Positions 31,283 to 40,246 of a stretch of DNA of 64,000 bases are shown here, piece by piece. Position 1 is the first letter of the stretch. The number at the start of each line of letters is the position of its first letter. Made by a program: the position numbers and the translations under genes. The stretch is from an uncultured Desulfospira sp. Its GTDB lineage: Bacteria; Desulfobacterota; Desulfobacteria; Desulfobacterales; Desulfobacteraceae. The stretch spans positions 4,384,001 through 4,448,000 of the forward strand of contig OY760175.1 in NCBI GenBank assembly GCA_963663165.1, read 5' to 3'. The notes under the pieces were generated by a model that ran no database searches, was not told the DNA's origin, and worked only from the letters and a program-made list of their open reading frames with translations.

Positions 31283-32805
31283 GCAAGCCTAGCCGACGCC
31301 CCAATCGTGAGGAGATAAAGGCCAAAAGAAAGCAGTTTAAAAAGGAGCAGAGAAAATTACGTCGGGATGAAGAGGCCAGGGGATTTCAGCCGCCCTCTCA
31401 TGGCACAATTTCTAACTGCAAATGCCGATATGAAAGTGTAGAACAGGAGGGGCGCATCCGCAATGAGGCCGTGGCTGAGAAAATGAGTATTTTTCGCGCT
31501 AAGCTGCCAATTCTGCTCAAACGTATGGCCAAGATTGAAGACCCTCGAAACCCTAAGAAGATAAAACACCAAATATCCACACTCATGATCTATGGGATAC
31601 TGACCTTTGTGTTTCAGATGGCTTCTTGCCGTGAGGCCAACAAAGAAATGAGCCGGCCGATGTTCTGGAAGAATCTTCAATATTTTTTCCCGGAGCTTGA
31701 AACGCTTCCCCATCATGATACGTTAAAACGCCTATTGTCTAAGATTGATATCAATCAAATCAAGAAGCTTCATCTCGATCTGGTCAGAGATCTGATCCGG
31801 AAAAAGAAATTTCGACGGTACCTGGTCAATGGCTGTTATCCGATTGCCATAGATGGTACCGGTAAATTCAAACGCGACTGGCTTTGGGATGAAGAGTGCC
31901 TGGAACGTAACATCAAGAAAGAGGATGGCACCAGGAAACAGTATCATGTCTATGTTCTGGAAGCTAATCTTGCGTTTTCCGATGGCATGAGCATTCCGCT
32001 GATAAGCGAAATCCTGAGCTACACCGAAGGAGATACCGCTAATGATAAGCAGGACTGCGAACTCAAGGCGTTTTACCGGTTAGCCTCTTGCCTGAAGGCG
32101 GCATTTCCCGCCCTAAAAATTATGGTGCTTTTGGATGGGCTTTATGCCAAGGGCCCCGTGGCAGAAATTTGCCGAACAAACAAATGGCAGTTCATGATTG
32201 TACTGAAAGATGACGCTCTACCCAGCGTAATGAATGAATTTGAAACGCTTGCCGCACTCGATACAGAAAACTGCCACCAACACACATGGGGCAATAGGAA
32301 ACAGGTTTTTCGGTGGATCAACGCCATTGACTACCGGTTTGGTCCGAACGGCAAGAAAAGTCAAATCCTGCACGTTGTTGAATGCAAAGAGAGCTGGAAA
32401 GAGGTTAGCCGGGAAAGCGGTCAACCGGAAAAGAAAAATAGTCGTCATGTGTGGTTGTCCAGCGAACCTTTGGACAGATTTAATCTTCACGAACGATGCA
32501 ACATAGCCGCCCGTTCCCGTTGGTGTATTGAAACCGGTATTCTCGTTGAGAAACATCATGGATATGAGTACGAGCACTGTTTTTCGTATGATTGGAACGT
32601 CATGAAGGGGTATCATGCCTTGATGCGCCTGGGCCATATGTTTAACGTTTTGGCCAGATACTCGCAGCGGCTTGCCAGGATTATTGAAGATACCGGCGCA
32701 CGGGGCCTGATTCGTTTAGTCCGGGATACCATGTCCGGCCCGTGGCTGGATTACATGTGGCTGGAAGATCGTCTGTCCACTCCCTTTCAACTCCGATTAG
32801 TATGA
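31279..32805 (+). CDS. DDE transposase, ISAs1/H-repeat-like
   Basis: DPRNPKKIKH, PHHDTL, IAIDGT, LDGLY and RWCIE. Confidence 0.8.
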   Translation: MSKPSRRPNREEIKAKRKQFKKEQRKLRRDEEARGFQPPSHGTISNCKCRYESVEQEGRIRNEAVAEKMSIFRAKLPILLKRMAKIEDPRNPKKIKHQISTLMIYGILTFVFQMASCREANKEMSRPMFWKNLQYFFPELETLPHHDTLKRLLSKIDINQIKKLHLDLVRDLIRKKKFRRYLVNGCYPIAIDGTGKFKRDWLWDEECLERNIKKEDGTRKQYHVYVLEANLAFSDGMSIPLISEILSYTEGDTANDKQDCELKAFYRLASCLKAAFPALKIMVLLDGLYAKGPVAEICRTNKWQFMIVLKDDALPSVMNEFETLAALDTENCHQHTWGNRKQVFRWINAIDYRFGPNGKKSQILHVVECKESWKEVSRESGQPEKKNSRHVWLSSEPLDRFNLHERCNIAARSRWCIETGILVEKHHGYEYEHCFSYDWNVMKGYHALMRLGHMFNVLARYSQRLARIIEDTGARGLIRLVRDTMSGPWLDYMWLEDRLSTPFQLRLV

Positions 32806-33666
32806 CGGCAACGACGGACGGGTAATCGAAAACACTCTCCCAAGCAGAGAGGTGGGAACGCTATGTTCGGACCGAAGGACCGTCTTTCGTTTCGGCCATA
32901 GTCAGTGTCTGAAGGACTGCCTTTTTGAATTAAAAAAGGCTGGATCTCCCCCCAAAGGGAGTGGTTAGATCGACTAAAGCCAACCTTTTTTTATTCATGC
33001 GTCAGCACTGCACACCTGTCAAACAGCTTGACTATGACAGCTTCGGCAATATAATAGGAGATACCCATCCAGCCTTTACTATTCCCTTTGGTTTTGCCGG
33101 CGGCCTGCACGATTCCGATACCGGCCTTGTCCGCTTTGGATACCGGGATTACATGCCGGAAATCGGCAAGTGGACCGCCAAAGACCCGATCCTGTTTGCC
33201 GGCGGGGATACTAATTTGTTTGGGTATGTCCTGAATGATCCGGTTAATTTTGTTGATCCAACTGGTGAATTTCGTTTTGGTACCAGACCCCTTGGGTCTT
33301 TTCCAGGTAAAATAGGATATAATGAGGGGGCGAGTAACCAAAGATTATTGCATGAGCATGGATTCTACGAGAACGGTCATAATGTTGGATATTTCAATCG
33401 AGGAATTGATAAAGATAGCTCGTCAGCTTGTAGCAATTATGAAATGTTTGGCCCATATTATGATGACGCTATTATGGAAATAGCTGAAAACAATTTACGT
33501 AACAGTGGAGAATGGAACAAGCAAGGTACGAGTAATGGGTACGATTTAATAAACCATAACTGCCAAGATTTTGCCGATGCATTAAGAAATGAATATGATA
33601 GATTGCAAGGCCCAATTTATGACAATCATATACCTATCTCCCTTGATCCATTCTTTTGATAATATC

Positions 33667-34089
33667 ATGATTAAAATTCCTCTAACAGAATTAAAGCATT
33701 CAAAAACTTTTTGTGTTATTTCGATAATCGCAACTGTTATTTCTGTTGGGCTTATCACTAATTGGCTGTTAAAAGCAAGCTGGGATGCGATGGTTTATGA
33801 TGTTGGCAAAGTAGGCACAATAATCGTTTTGGGTATTTATCATCTAATTTATTCAGGTATAATTTTAGTAGGTGTTATGTGTTCACTTATTAGATTCTCA
33901 AATAGTATTCATCAGCTAAACATTTATATCTGCATAACATCATCGGCTTTAGTAACAATTTGTGCTAACATCCTAACCCATTTCTTCCACAATAATATCG
34001 GATGGGTTGAAATTGTCTTTGGATTGTGGATTGGTTCATGGATTGTTTGCCTACTTATTTATTTTTTTAAGGACAAGGGGCATAACTGA
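33667..34089 (+). CDS. Putative membrane immunity protein for RHS2
   Basis: AT-rich, about 4 TM segments, starts just after the toxin stop. Confidence 0.6.
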   Translation: MIKIPLTELKHSKTFCVISIIATVISVGLITNWLLKASWDAMVYDVGKVGTIIVLGIYHLIYSGIILVGVMCSLIRFSNSIHQLNIYICITSSALVTICANILTHFFHNNIGWVEIVFGLWIGSWIVCLLIYFFKDKGHN

Positions 34090-34104
34090 GGGATAATCTC
34101 GGGA

Positions 34105-34155
34105 TCGGGGGACCTTACATAATTCCAAATAATTAAGTAAGGTGTCCCCCGAATT
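34105..34155. repeat. Junction hairpin TCGGGGGACCTTAC...GTAAGGTGTCCCCCGAATT
   Basis: Sits between immunity 2 and the point where RHS3 homology starts (34156). Confidence 0.75.
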
Positions 34156-34244
34156 AGGACCCTCTCGGCAGAAGAGCGGCCAAGAAAGTCAACGGCACCA
34201 TAGTCGAAAAATACCTGTGGTCCGGCCTTACAACCCTGCTTGCC

Positions 34245-35027
34245 GTGTATGACGGCAATGATGATTTAAAGCAGCGGTTCCTTTACGCAGACGACCGGGT
34301 GCCCTATGCCATGACCCAGGACGGGACCACCTGCTATCTGGCTTACGACCAGGTCGGATCTCTCCGGCTCGTAACCGACAGTTCCGGCACCCCTGTCAAA
34401 CAGCTTGACTATGACAGCTTCGGCAATATAATAGGAGATACCCATCCAGCCTTTACTATTCCCTTTGGTTTTGCCGGCGGCCTGCAGGATTCCGATACCG
34501 GCCTTGTCCGTTTTGGATACCGGGATTACATGCCCGAAATCGGCAAGTGGACCGCCAAAGACCCGATCCTGTTTGCCGGCGGGGATACTAATTTGTTTGG
34601 GTATGTCCTGAATGATCCGGTTAATTTTGTGGATCCTGAAGGGCTTTGGTCGGAAACTCATCCTCATCAAATCCAAAAAGATCCTACCGGTGGTGGTGGA
34701 GCAGGAGCAGCCAGCACTGTAACAGGTATTGGGGCTGGTTTGGCATTAGGGCAGATGCTTTCAGATATGATGTTCGAAGACTATGAAGGTAGTAGTTGCC
34801 CCGGTTACACTTCTGACAAATTTCCTCCTGGCTTCTGGCCTGGTGATAAGGGTGCTGAAGAGTGGGGGCGAAGAAACAATATAGATAAAAATGATGCTCG
34901 GCGAAGATTCCATGATAAAAAAAAGAAGGATTTGGGTAGTGAAGCAACGGATCCATATGGTGTGAATCCAGATACAGGGGATATTGTTGATCCAAATGGA
35001 GAATATGTTGATAACTTAGGCCAATAA
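34245..35027 (+). CDS. Orphan RHS core fragment 3 with variable C-terminal toxin
   Basis: RHS homology from 34156; core end DPEGL, then a unique tail with FWPGDKGAEEWGRRN and YGVNPDTGDIVDPNGE. Confidence 0.8.
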   Translation: MYDGNDDLKQRFLYADDRVPYAMTQDGTTCYLAYDQVGSLRLVTDSSGTPVKQLDYDSFGNIIGDTHPAFTIPFGFAGGLQDSDTGLVRFGYRDYMPEIGKWTAKDPILFAGGDTNLFGYVLNDPVNFVDPEGLWSETHPHQIQKDPTGGGGAGAASTVTGIGAGLALGQMLSDMMFEDYEGSSCPGYTSDKFPPGFWPGDKGAEEWGRRNNIDKNDARRRFHDKKKKDLGSEATDPYGVNPDTGDIVDPNGEYVDNLGQ

Positions 35028-35033
35028 ATTAAA

Positions 35034-35070
35034 TAAGGTTAACACGGCTTTTTAGTCCGTGTTAACCTTA
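35034..35070. terminator. Bidirectional hairpin terminator
   Basis: TAAGGTTAACACGG / CCGTGTTAACCTTA with A/T-rich flanks, between convergent genes. Confidence 0.7.
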
Positions 35071-35075
35071 AAAAA

Positions 35076-35477
35076 TTAGACCTCATTATCAAAATAAATA
35101 TCCCAATGGATTTCTAACCCAAATTTTAAAAAAGATTTCATAGTTTCTAAATCCAAAAATAATCCTTCATTCCCTGTTGAAACCCAGTAACAAAAGACGT
35201 CCATACTACAATCATCTTTACGAAGATCAGACAATAAATTTTCTTTATCTTGTAGTAATTCAATAAGTTTGGATAAATGTTTCAGGTTTTCACATGAATC
35301 AATTTTTCCCTCAGTAGACCAACTCCAAAAATTGTATTTTTGCCTTGATCTATTATGAGATTCTTGGTCTAAAGGAATCATTTCTGTTGCAGTAATATTC
35401 AATCTTCTGCCAATAATTTCAGGTGATATCTTTTTAGAAAAAATTCTTAAAGTAGCAAAAGTTTCTTTACAACTCAT
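35076..35477 (-). CDS. DUF4279-like protein (candidate immunity protein)
   Basis: ATLRIFS...SPEIIGRRLNIT...WSWST...LEIHWDIY pattern; AT-rich. Confidence 0.6.
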   Translation of the reverse strand: MSCKETFATLRIFSKKISPEIIGRRLNITATEMIPLDQESHNRSRQKYNFWSWSTEGKIDSCENLKHLSKLIELLQDKENLLSDLRKDDCSMDVFCYWVSTGNEGLFLDLETMKSFLKFGLEIHWDIYFDNEV

Positions 35478-35478
35478 A

Positions 35479-35877
35479 TTATAACCCCTTCATTGCCAAT
35501 TTTAGTCTAAATGTCCTGTATTCTCTTAATAACTTAGGGCCTCTGACCCCATTTATCCCAGCCATAATATAGGCGGCCTGGGCATTGCCGGGGATCAGGC
35601 CCGAGGCCGTTAAAATTCCCACGGCAACAGGCGGGTCCAGTCCGGTGCCTTCCTTTTTCAAATCTGCCGGTGCCAGGTTGATGGTGACCCGGTCCATGGG
35701 AAAGGTACACCCGGAGTTCTTAACCGCTGACCTGACCCGCTCCCGGCTCTCTCTGACCGCTGCCTCGGCCAGGCCCACAATGGAAAAAACCGGCAGACCA
35801 AATGCAATACCCACCTCCACCTCCACCACAATGGCGTCAATGCCGTTCACGGCGCATGAATTAACTTTTGCGATCAT
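35479..35877 (-). pseudogene. comM: Truncated, diverged 5' copy of comM
   Basis: Matches the ComM N-terminus up to AAYIMAG; homology stops at 35557, abutting ATAAATGGGGTCAGA. Confidence 0.85.
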
Positions 35878-35988
35878 GGGGTTCCTTTTGAAGGTCAATG
35901 GCAGAAGGGGGACAAAATTTAACCGGTTGCGGGGTTCAGGCTGTCTAAATCCCTCTTATCTAACTCCCTGACAATCTACCAAAAAAAT

Positions 35989-36348
35989 ATGGACAAACCA
36001 AAGAAAAAACGCATTTCTTTTGATATTCCGGGGTATGACAGCGACGGCCTGTTGACGGCATCGGGAAGTTTTACCATTTCCAGGAACCAGGAGACCGGCC
36101 TTTCTGAAACGGTTTTTAACAACGCAGTCACCATGAACCGGACCTTTAACAGCTATGGTGAGCTTGAATCCTCTGCTGTCTTGATATCCTCAAGCCCGGT
36201 TCTGGCCATTGACCTTGCCAGGAACGACAATGGCCGGATCACCGAGAAAATCGAAGCTATACGCCCGACCCCCGGTCCCTGGTTAATTAACGCCATGACC
36301 ATAGGCAACTCAGAATTTTTACATGCGTTAGCCCTGGGGAGCATGTAA
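35989..36348 (+). pseudogene. Short RHS fragment 4
   Basis: Same start as RHS1; RHS homology lost after RITEKIEAI. Confidence 0.75.
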
Positions 36349-36402
36349 TTCGGGGGACAAAAATATTCAATTCCGGGGACATGATACAGAATTCCCATCA
36401 AC

Positions 36403-36672
36403 CTAAGGAAAATACTTATAAATCTCACCCCGATGCAGGAACCTGACAAAGCAGACGGCATCTTCTTCAATAACAAGGCCCAGGCGGTAGTCACCCATTC
36501 TGATGCGGTAGTGACTACCCTGGGCCTTTAACTTTTTAAGGTTCCGGATGCTGTGGATGTCCGGGGCCTCCTCCACTTCCCGGATGATCTGCCGGACCCG
36601 GTCGAGCAAGGGTTGGTCTGTTTTGCGTTTTTTTAAATCTCTGGCAAAGCTCTTTTTAAAATCGAGGATCAC
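36403..36672 (-). CDS. RelE/ParE-family toxin
   Basis: FKKSFARDLKK, YRIRMGDYRLG and HRGEIY. Confidence 0.85.
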   Translation of the reverse strand: MILDFKKSFARDLKKRKTDQPLLDRVRQIIREVEEAPDIHSIRNLKKLKAQGSHYRIRMGDYRLGLVIEEDAVCFVRFLHRGEIYKYFP

Positions 36673-36875
36673 GCCCGGCCTTCCAGTATGTTAAATATCT
36701 CTTTTTTTGTGGCAGTGCCGGTATTCTGTCCTTCCTGGATCGCCCGGCTCAGGGCAATGTCTTCCATGGCATCCACGATCATCTCATGAAAGATGTTCTG
36801 TTTTTCTTCGAGCATCTCGACAAGTGCTTCCTTGAAGACCTGTTTGAGTCTGGCCTCATCCATTACGGTCTGCAT
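36669..36875 (-). CDS. Putative antitoxin
   Basis: 68-aa acidic helical protein overlapping the toxin start by 4 bp. Confidence 0.7.
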   Translation of the reverse strand: MQTVMDEARLKQVFKEALVEMLEEKQNIFHEMIVDAMEDIALSRAIQEGQNTGTATKKEIFNILEGRA

Positions 36876-36894
36876 GGCGTCTCCTTACAAACAA

Positions 36895-37266
36895 TCAGGC
36901 CCGGGCCAGTTGTTCAAATTTATATTTTTTGATGAATGCATCCAGCAGGCTGGTCAGTACCTGCTGGTCTTCTTCGGGAAGTTGCTCTATTTCTTCGATA
37001 TGCTTTAGAAGCTCCCGGCTCCTGATCTTGTTGATTGCCACGTTTGCTTCATCCCGCAGCAGGTAATCCAGGCTGACGTCAAACACAGAAGCAATTTTAA
37101 CGACCATGTTGGTGGGCGGGCAGACCACTCCCCGTTCGTATTTGGATATCAACTGGACATTCACGCCCAGTTTGTTGCCGAGCTGCCCCTGGGACAAGCC
37201 CCGGCCCTGGCGCAGCTTCTTTAACTTATCAGGCAATCCGGATATAATGGCTTTATTGTTATTCAT
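36895..37266 (-). CDS. XRE-family HTH regulator
   Basis: LKKLRQGRGLSQGQLG...ISKYERG...FDVSLDYLL. Confidence 0.88.
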   Translation of the reverse strand: MNNNKAIISGLPDKLKKLRQGRGLSQGQLGNKLGVNVQLISKYERGVVCPPTNMVVKIASVFDVSLDYLLRDEANVAINKIRSRELLKHIEEIEQLPEEDQQVLTSLLDAFIKKYKFEQLARA

Positions 37267-37532
37267 AAGTTCCTCCTTGCCTGTATATTTCTATAAATAT
37301 GGGCCTGTGTGCAAACATATTTTTCCTTGACTTTAACTTTAAAGGATACCAACTAAGCATATTAAGTTATACTTTTTGTCGTGAAAAGCAAGTTTATTTT
37401 GATATCAGGGATGTTTTTAGGAAAGAAGGCCATCAACCCGCACTCGCCAAAGTCAACCGGTTGATGGCCGAAAAAAACAAATCACAAAGGGCAAGCCCGT
37501 TTGTAACCGTTTTCTTTTTCTATCATATCTCG

Positions 37533-38286
37533 AATTCGGGGGACACGAGATAAAAATATTAATAAATTAAGTTTGATTTGCAATAAGTACCAATATGGCA
37601 AGGATAGCAAGAGCAGTAGCCCCGGGATACCCCCATCACATTACGCAGAGGGGTAACCGGAGGCAGCAGACATTCTTTTTGGATGAAGATTATCAGGCCT
37701 ATATTGATCTGATGGCGCAATGGTGCGGGCATTTTAATGTAGAAATCTGGAGTTACTGCCTGATGCCCAATCATACCCATTTAATTGCGGTTCCCGCAAC
37801 ATCAGACGGGATCGCCTCGGCCATAGGCAAAGCCCATAGAAGATATGCAAGAATGGTGAATTTCCGGGAAGGCTGGCGGGGCTATTTCTGGCAGGGACGT
37901 TTCACCTCTTTCATTTTGGACGAACCACATTTGCTGGCAGCTGCCAGATATATTGAGCAAAATCCCGTCAGGGCCGGGTTGGTTAAAAAGCCGGAAGAAT
38001 ATCGGTGGAGTTCTTGCAGGGCACACTTAAATCTCGCCAAAGATCCTCTTGTGAGGGTGGAACCTTTATCGGCATATGTAGATAAGTGGGATGAATTTAT
38101 AAATCTCCCTGTTGATCATGTCCAAAGGGATGCGATGCAAAAGCATGAGAGGACCGGGCGTCCCTTGGGAGGGGATGAATTCATTATCCAGCTCGAAACC
38201 GAGACCGGTCGGATGCTGAGAAAAAAGAAGACCGGCCCGAAAGGGCCAAGATTAAAACGATAATTTTGTATCGTGTCCCCGGAATT
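37533..38286 (+). mobile_element. HUH transposase unit with inverted ends AATTCGGGGGACACGA / TCGTGTCCCCGGAATT
   Basis: 16-bp inverted repeats (1 mismatch) closely enclose the Y1 transposase gene. Confidence 0.75.
37595..38263 (+). CDS. HUH Y1 tyrosine transposase (IS200-like, REP-associated/RAYT type)
   Basis: HHITQRGN, YCLMPNHTHL (HUH), FWQGRF, RYIEQNPVRAG (catalytic Tyr) and YRWSS. Confidence 0.9.
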   Translation: MARIARAVAPGYPHHITQRGNRRQQTFFLDEDYQAYIDLMAQWCGHFNVEIWSYCLMPNHTHLIAVPATSDGIASAIGKAHRRYARMVNFREGWRGYFWQGRFTSFILDEPHLLAAARYIEQNPVRAGLVKKPEEYRWSSCRAHLNLAKDPLVRVEPLSAYVDKWDEFINLPVDHVQRDAMQKHERTGRPLGGDEFIIQLETETGRMLRKKKTGPKGPRLKR

Positions 38287-38338
38287 CGGTGTCCCCGGAA
38301 TTCGGAATTGTGCCACCGGTTTTACCGGTGGCTGATTA

Positions 38339-40009
38339 CTATTTACTGGCGTTTTCAACAAAAACTTCGATCAGGTTTGGATGGTTTGAGCCAATATTAT
38401 CCTCCAAAGTGGCCAGTAACTCGTTGGGATCCTCAACCTGGGTTGCTGCTACCCCCATGGACTCAGCCATTTTCTGAAAATTCATGACAGGACTGTCCAG
38501 CTCCATGCCGGGGTGTTTTTCATTCAGAGGATAGTCACCCAGTACAGCCTTGCGCACCAGCTTCACCTGACGATAGGTTGCATTATTGGTGATGATAAAG
38601 GTAACAGGAATATTGTATTTAGCTGCGGTCCAAAAAGATTGCATACTCCAGGCCGCGCTACCGTCACCGGAAACCACCACCACATTCTTATCAGGTGCGC
38701 CAAGCTTGGCCCCTAAAGCCATGGGAAGGCCTGAGCCGATACTCCCGCCGTTCCTGGCCCTGATGAAGGAATCGGGCGTATCAAGATCCAACACCTGCCT
38801 GAGCATCGCTGAAGACGACCAGCAGTCATCCACAATAATCGTGTCGGCAGGCAATGCCTTTTTCAGGTCGGACATGAGTCGGGAGATGGCAATAGGACAC
38901 TGGTCCTTTTCAGCCTGGACCTGCTCTTCAAGCATTGCCAGTTTCATTTTCTTCTCAGCCAGGATTGACAACCTGCGGGAGGCGGCCATTTTCTGGTAGC
39001 CATCATCCAACTGCCCTTCCATTTTCGCGAGAATGTCGGTGAGGCCGGCCTTTATATCGCACTGAATTCCACAATCCACTGGAAAATTCTTGCCTATTTC
39101 CCATGGATTTTCGTCAAACTGCATGATCTTGATGTCATTTGGTAGCGTCGGTTCCGGATTGACAAAGGCCTGGGCAAACATGGGACAACCGATACCGATC
39201 AACAGATCAACCCCTTCCAGTATTTTTCGGGCCGGAGGCGATGTCGGGTCCAGATCACCAAGGTACTGGCCATGGGTCACCGGAAAGTTCACGTCCGACA
39301 TCCAGCTCTGGAACACCTTCGCCCCGATCATTTCAGCAAACCGGACTGTTTCCTCTATGGCGTTGCATCGGCTGACACCACTTTCCACGAATATGACAGG
39401 GTTCTTGGCTTTCTTGAGTAGTTCGATGGCCAGGACAAGGGATTCTGCGTCCGGCCTTACCCCGGGGTATACCCGGGTATTATCCTTATAGGTGTAATCA
39501 AGTTCCCCATCCAATACATCGTAGGGTATGGAGACAAGTACAGGCCCGGCCGGATGCTGAATTGACATTTTAAAGGCCCGCTGCACCGTAACCGGAATGT
39601 CCTGGGCATGTATAATTTCAGTAGCCCATTTGCTAAAAAGCTTACCCATGCCAACAATGTCCCCGGTCAAGTGCGGGTCTCGCTGCAAAAGCCTGCTATG
39701 TTGTTGACCAACGGTAATCACAATGGGTACGTTTCCGGAACAGGCGTTATACAACATGGGAAGGGCCGCTGCCATTCCCGGCCCGGTATGCAGGTTCAAA
39801 AACCCCGGCTTTCCGGATGCTCGGGCATATCCCTCAGCCATACCTGCACAGACAATTTCATTCAAACCAAGTATATATTCAATGTCGTTCGCCCGCTCCA
39901 GGGCGTCCATGAAGACAATCTCCGTAGCGCCCGGAATTCCAAAAACATATTCAACACTCTCCTTGGAAAGGAGATCAATTAAAGCGTCTTTTCCTGTCGT
40001 CTTTGCCAT
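38339..40009 (-). CDS. Thiamine-diphosphate enzyme, benzoylformate-decarboxylase-like
   Basis: VFGIPGATE, NLHTGPG and the ThDP motif GDGS...NN. Confidence 0.8.
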   Translation of the reverse strand: MAKTTGKDALIDLLSKESVEYVFGIPGATEIVFMDALERANDIEYILGLNEIVCAGMAEGYARASGKPGFLNLHTGPGMAAALPMLYNACSGNVPIVITVGQQHSRLLQRDPHLTGDIVGMGKLFSKWATEIIHAQDIPVTVQRAFKMSIQHPAGPVLVSIPYDVLDGELDYTYKDNTRVYPGVRPDAESLVLAIELLKKAKNPVIFVESGVSRCNAIEETVRFAEMIGAKVFQSWMSDVNFPVTHGQYLGDLDPTSPPARKILEGVDLLIGIGCPMFAQAFVNPEPTLPNDIKIMQFDENPWEIGKNFPVDCGIQCDIKAGLTDILAKMEGQLDDGYQKMAASRRLSILAEKKMKLAMLEEQVQAEKDQCPIAISRLMSDLKKALPADTIIVDDCWSSSAMLRQVLDLDTPDSFIRARNGGSIGSGLPMALGAKLGAPDKNVVVVSGDGSAAWSMQSFWTAAKYNIPVTFIITNNATYRQVKLVRKAVLGDYPLNEKHPGMELDSPVMNFQKMAESMGVAATQVEDPNELLATLEDNIGSNHPNLIEVFVENASK

Positions 40010-40246
40010 TTTTGTCCTTTTGGGTGTTGATTATTCGCTCATCTCGAAATGATTTCCGTCACCTCGTGAAACCGTTTTTTGCGTTATTAACCCAGGTTTC
40101 ACGAGGGTCAGACTTTTGAAGATTCTGACAATAACATACAATGTTCGTCGAAAGGTGAAGTGATCATCAAACAGTAAGTTTTCATTGGTTAAAAAATTTC
40201 CCAGCCGCTTCTCCCGGGGGCATAATTTGGAGAAGCGGTTCTATCA

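Larger units (their letters stand above)
30234..33010 (+). mobile_element. 2777-bp two-gene insertion sequence (ISAs1-like DDE transposase + DUF4338)
   Basis: 17-bp perfect IR CAGTGCTGACGCATGAA; 9-bp TSD CACACCTGT (30225-30233, 33011-33019). Confidence 0.88.
28432..33659 (+). pseudogene. Headless RHS protein 2 interrupted by an IS at 30234-33010; C-terminal papain-like peptidase candidate
   Basis: YD repeats; frame continues GTPV|KQLDYD across the insertion; after DPTGE the tail has HEH and YDLINHNCQDFA. Confidence 0.85.

Noticed and set aside
17806..35877. Classical integrase-mediated ICE or prophage inserted in comM
   Set aside because: No integrase, conjugation or phage genes; the duplication extends upstream of comM into RHS sequence
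19450..36348. Diversity-generating retroelement (template/variable repeats)
   Set aside because: No reverse transcriptase, and differences between RHS copies are not adenine-specific
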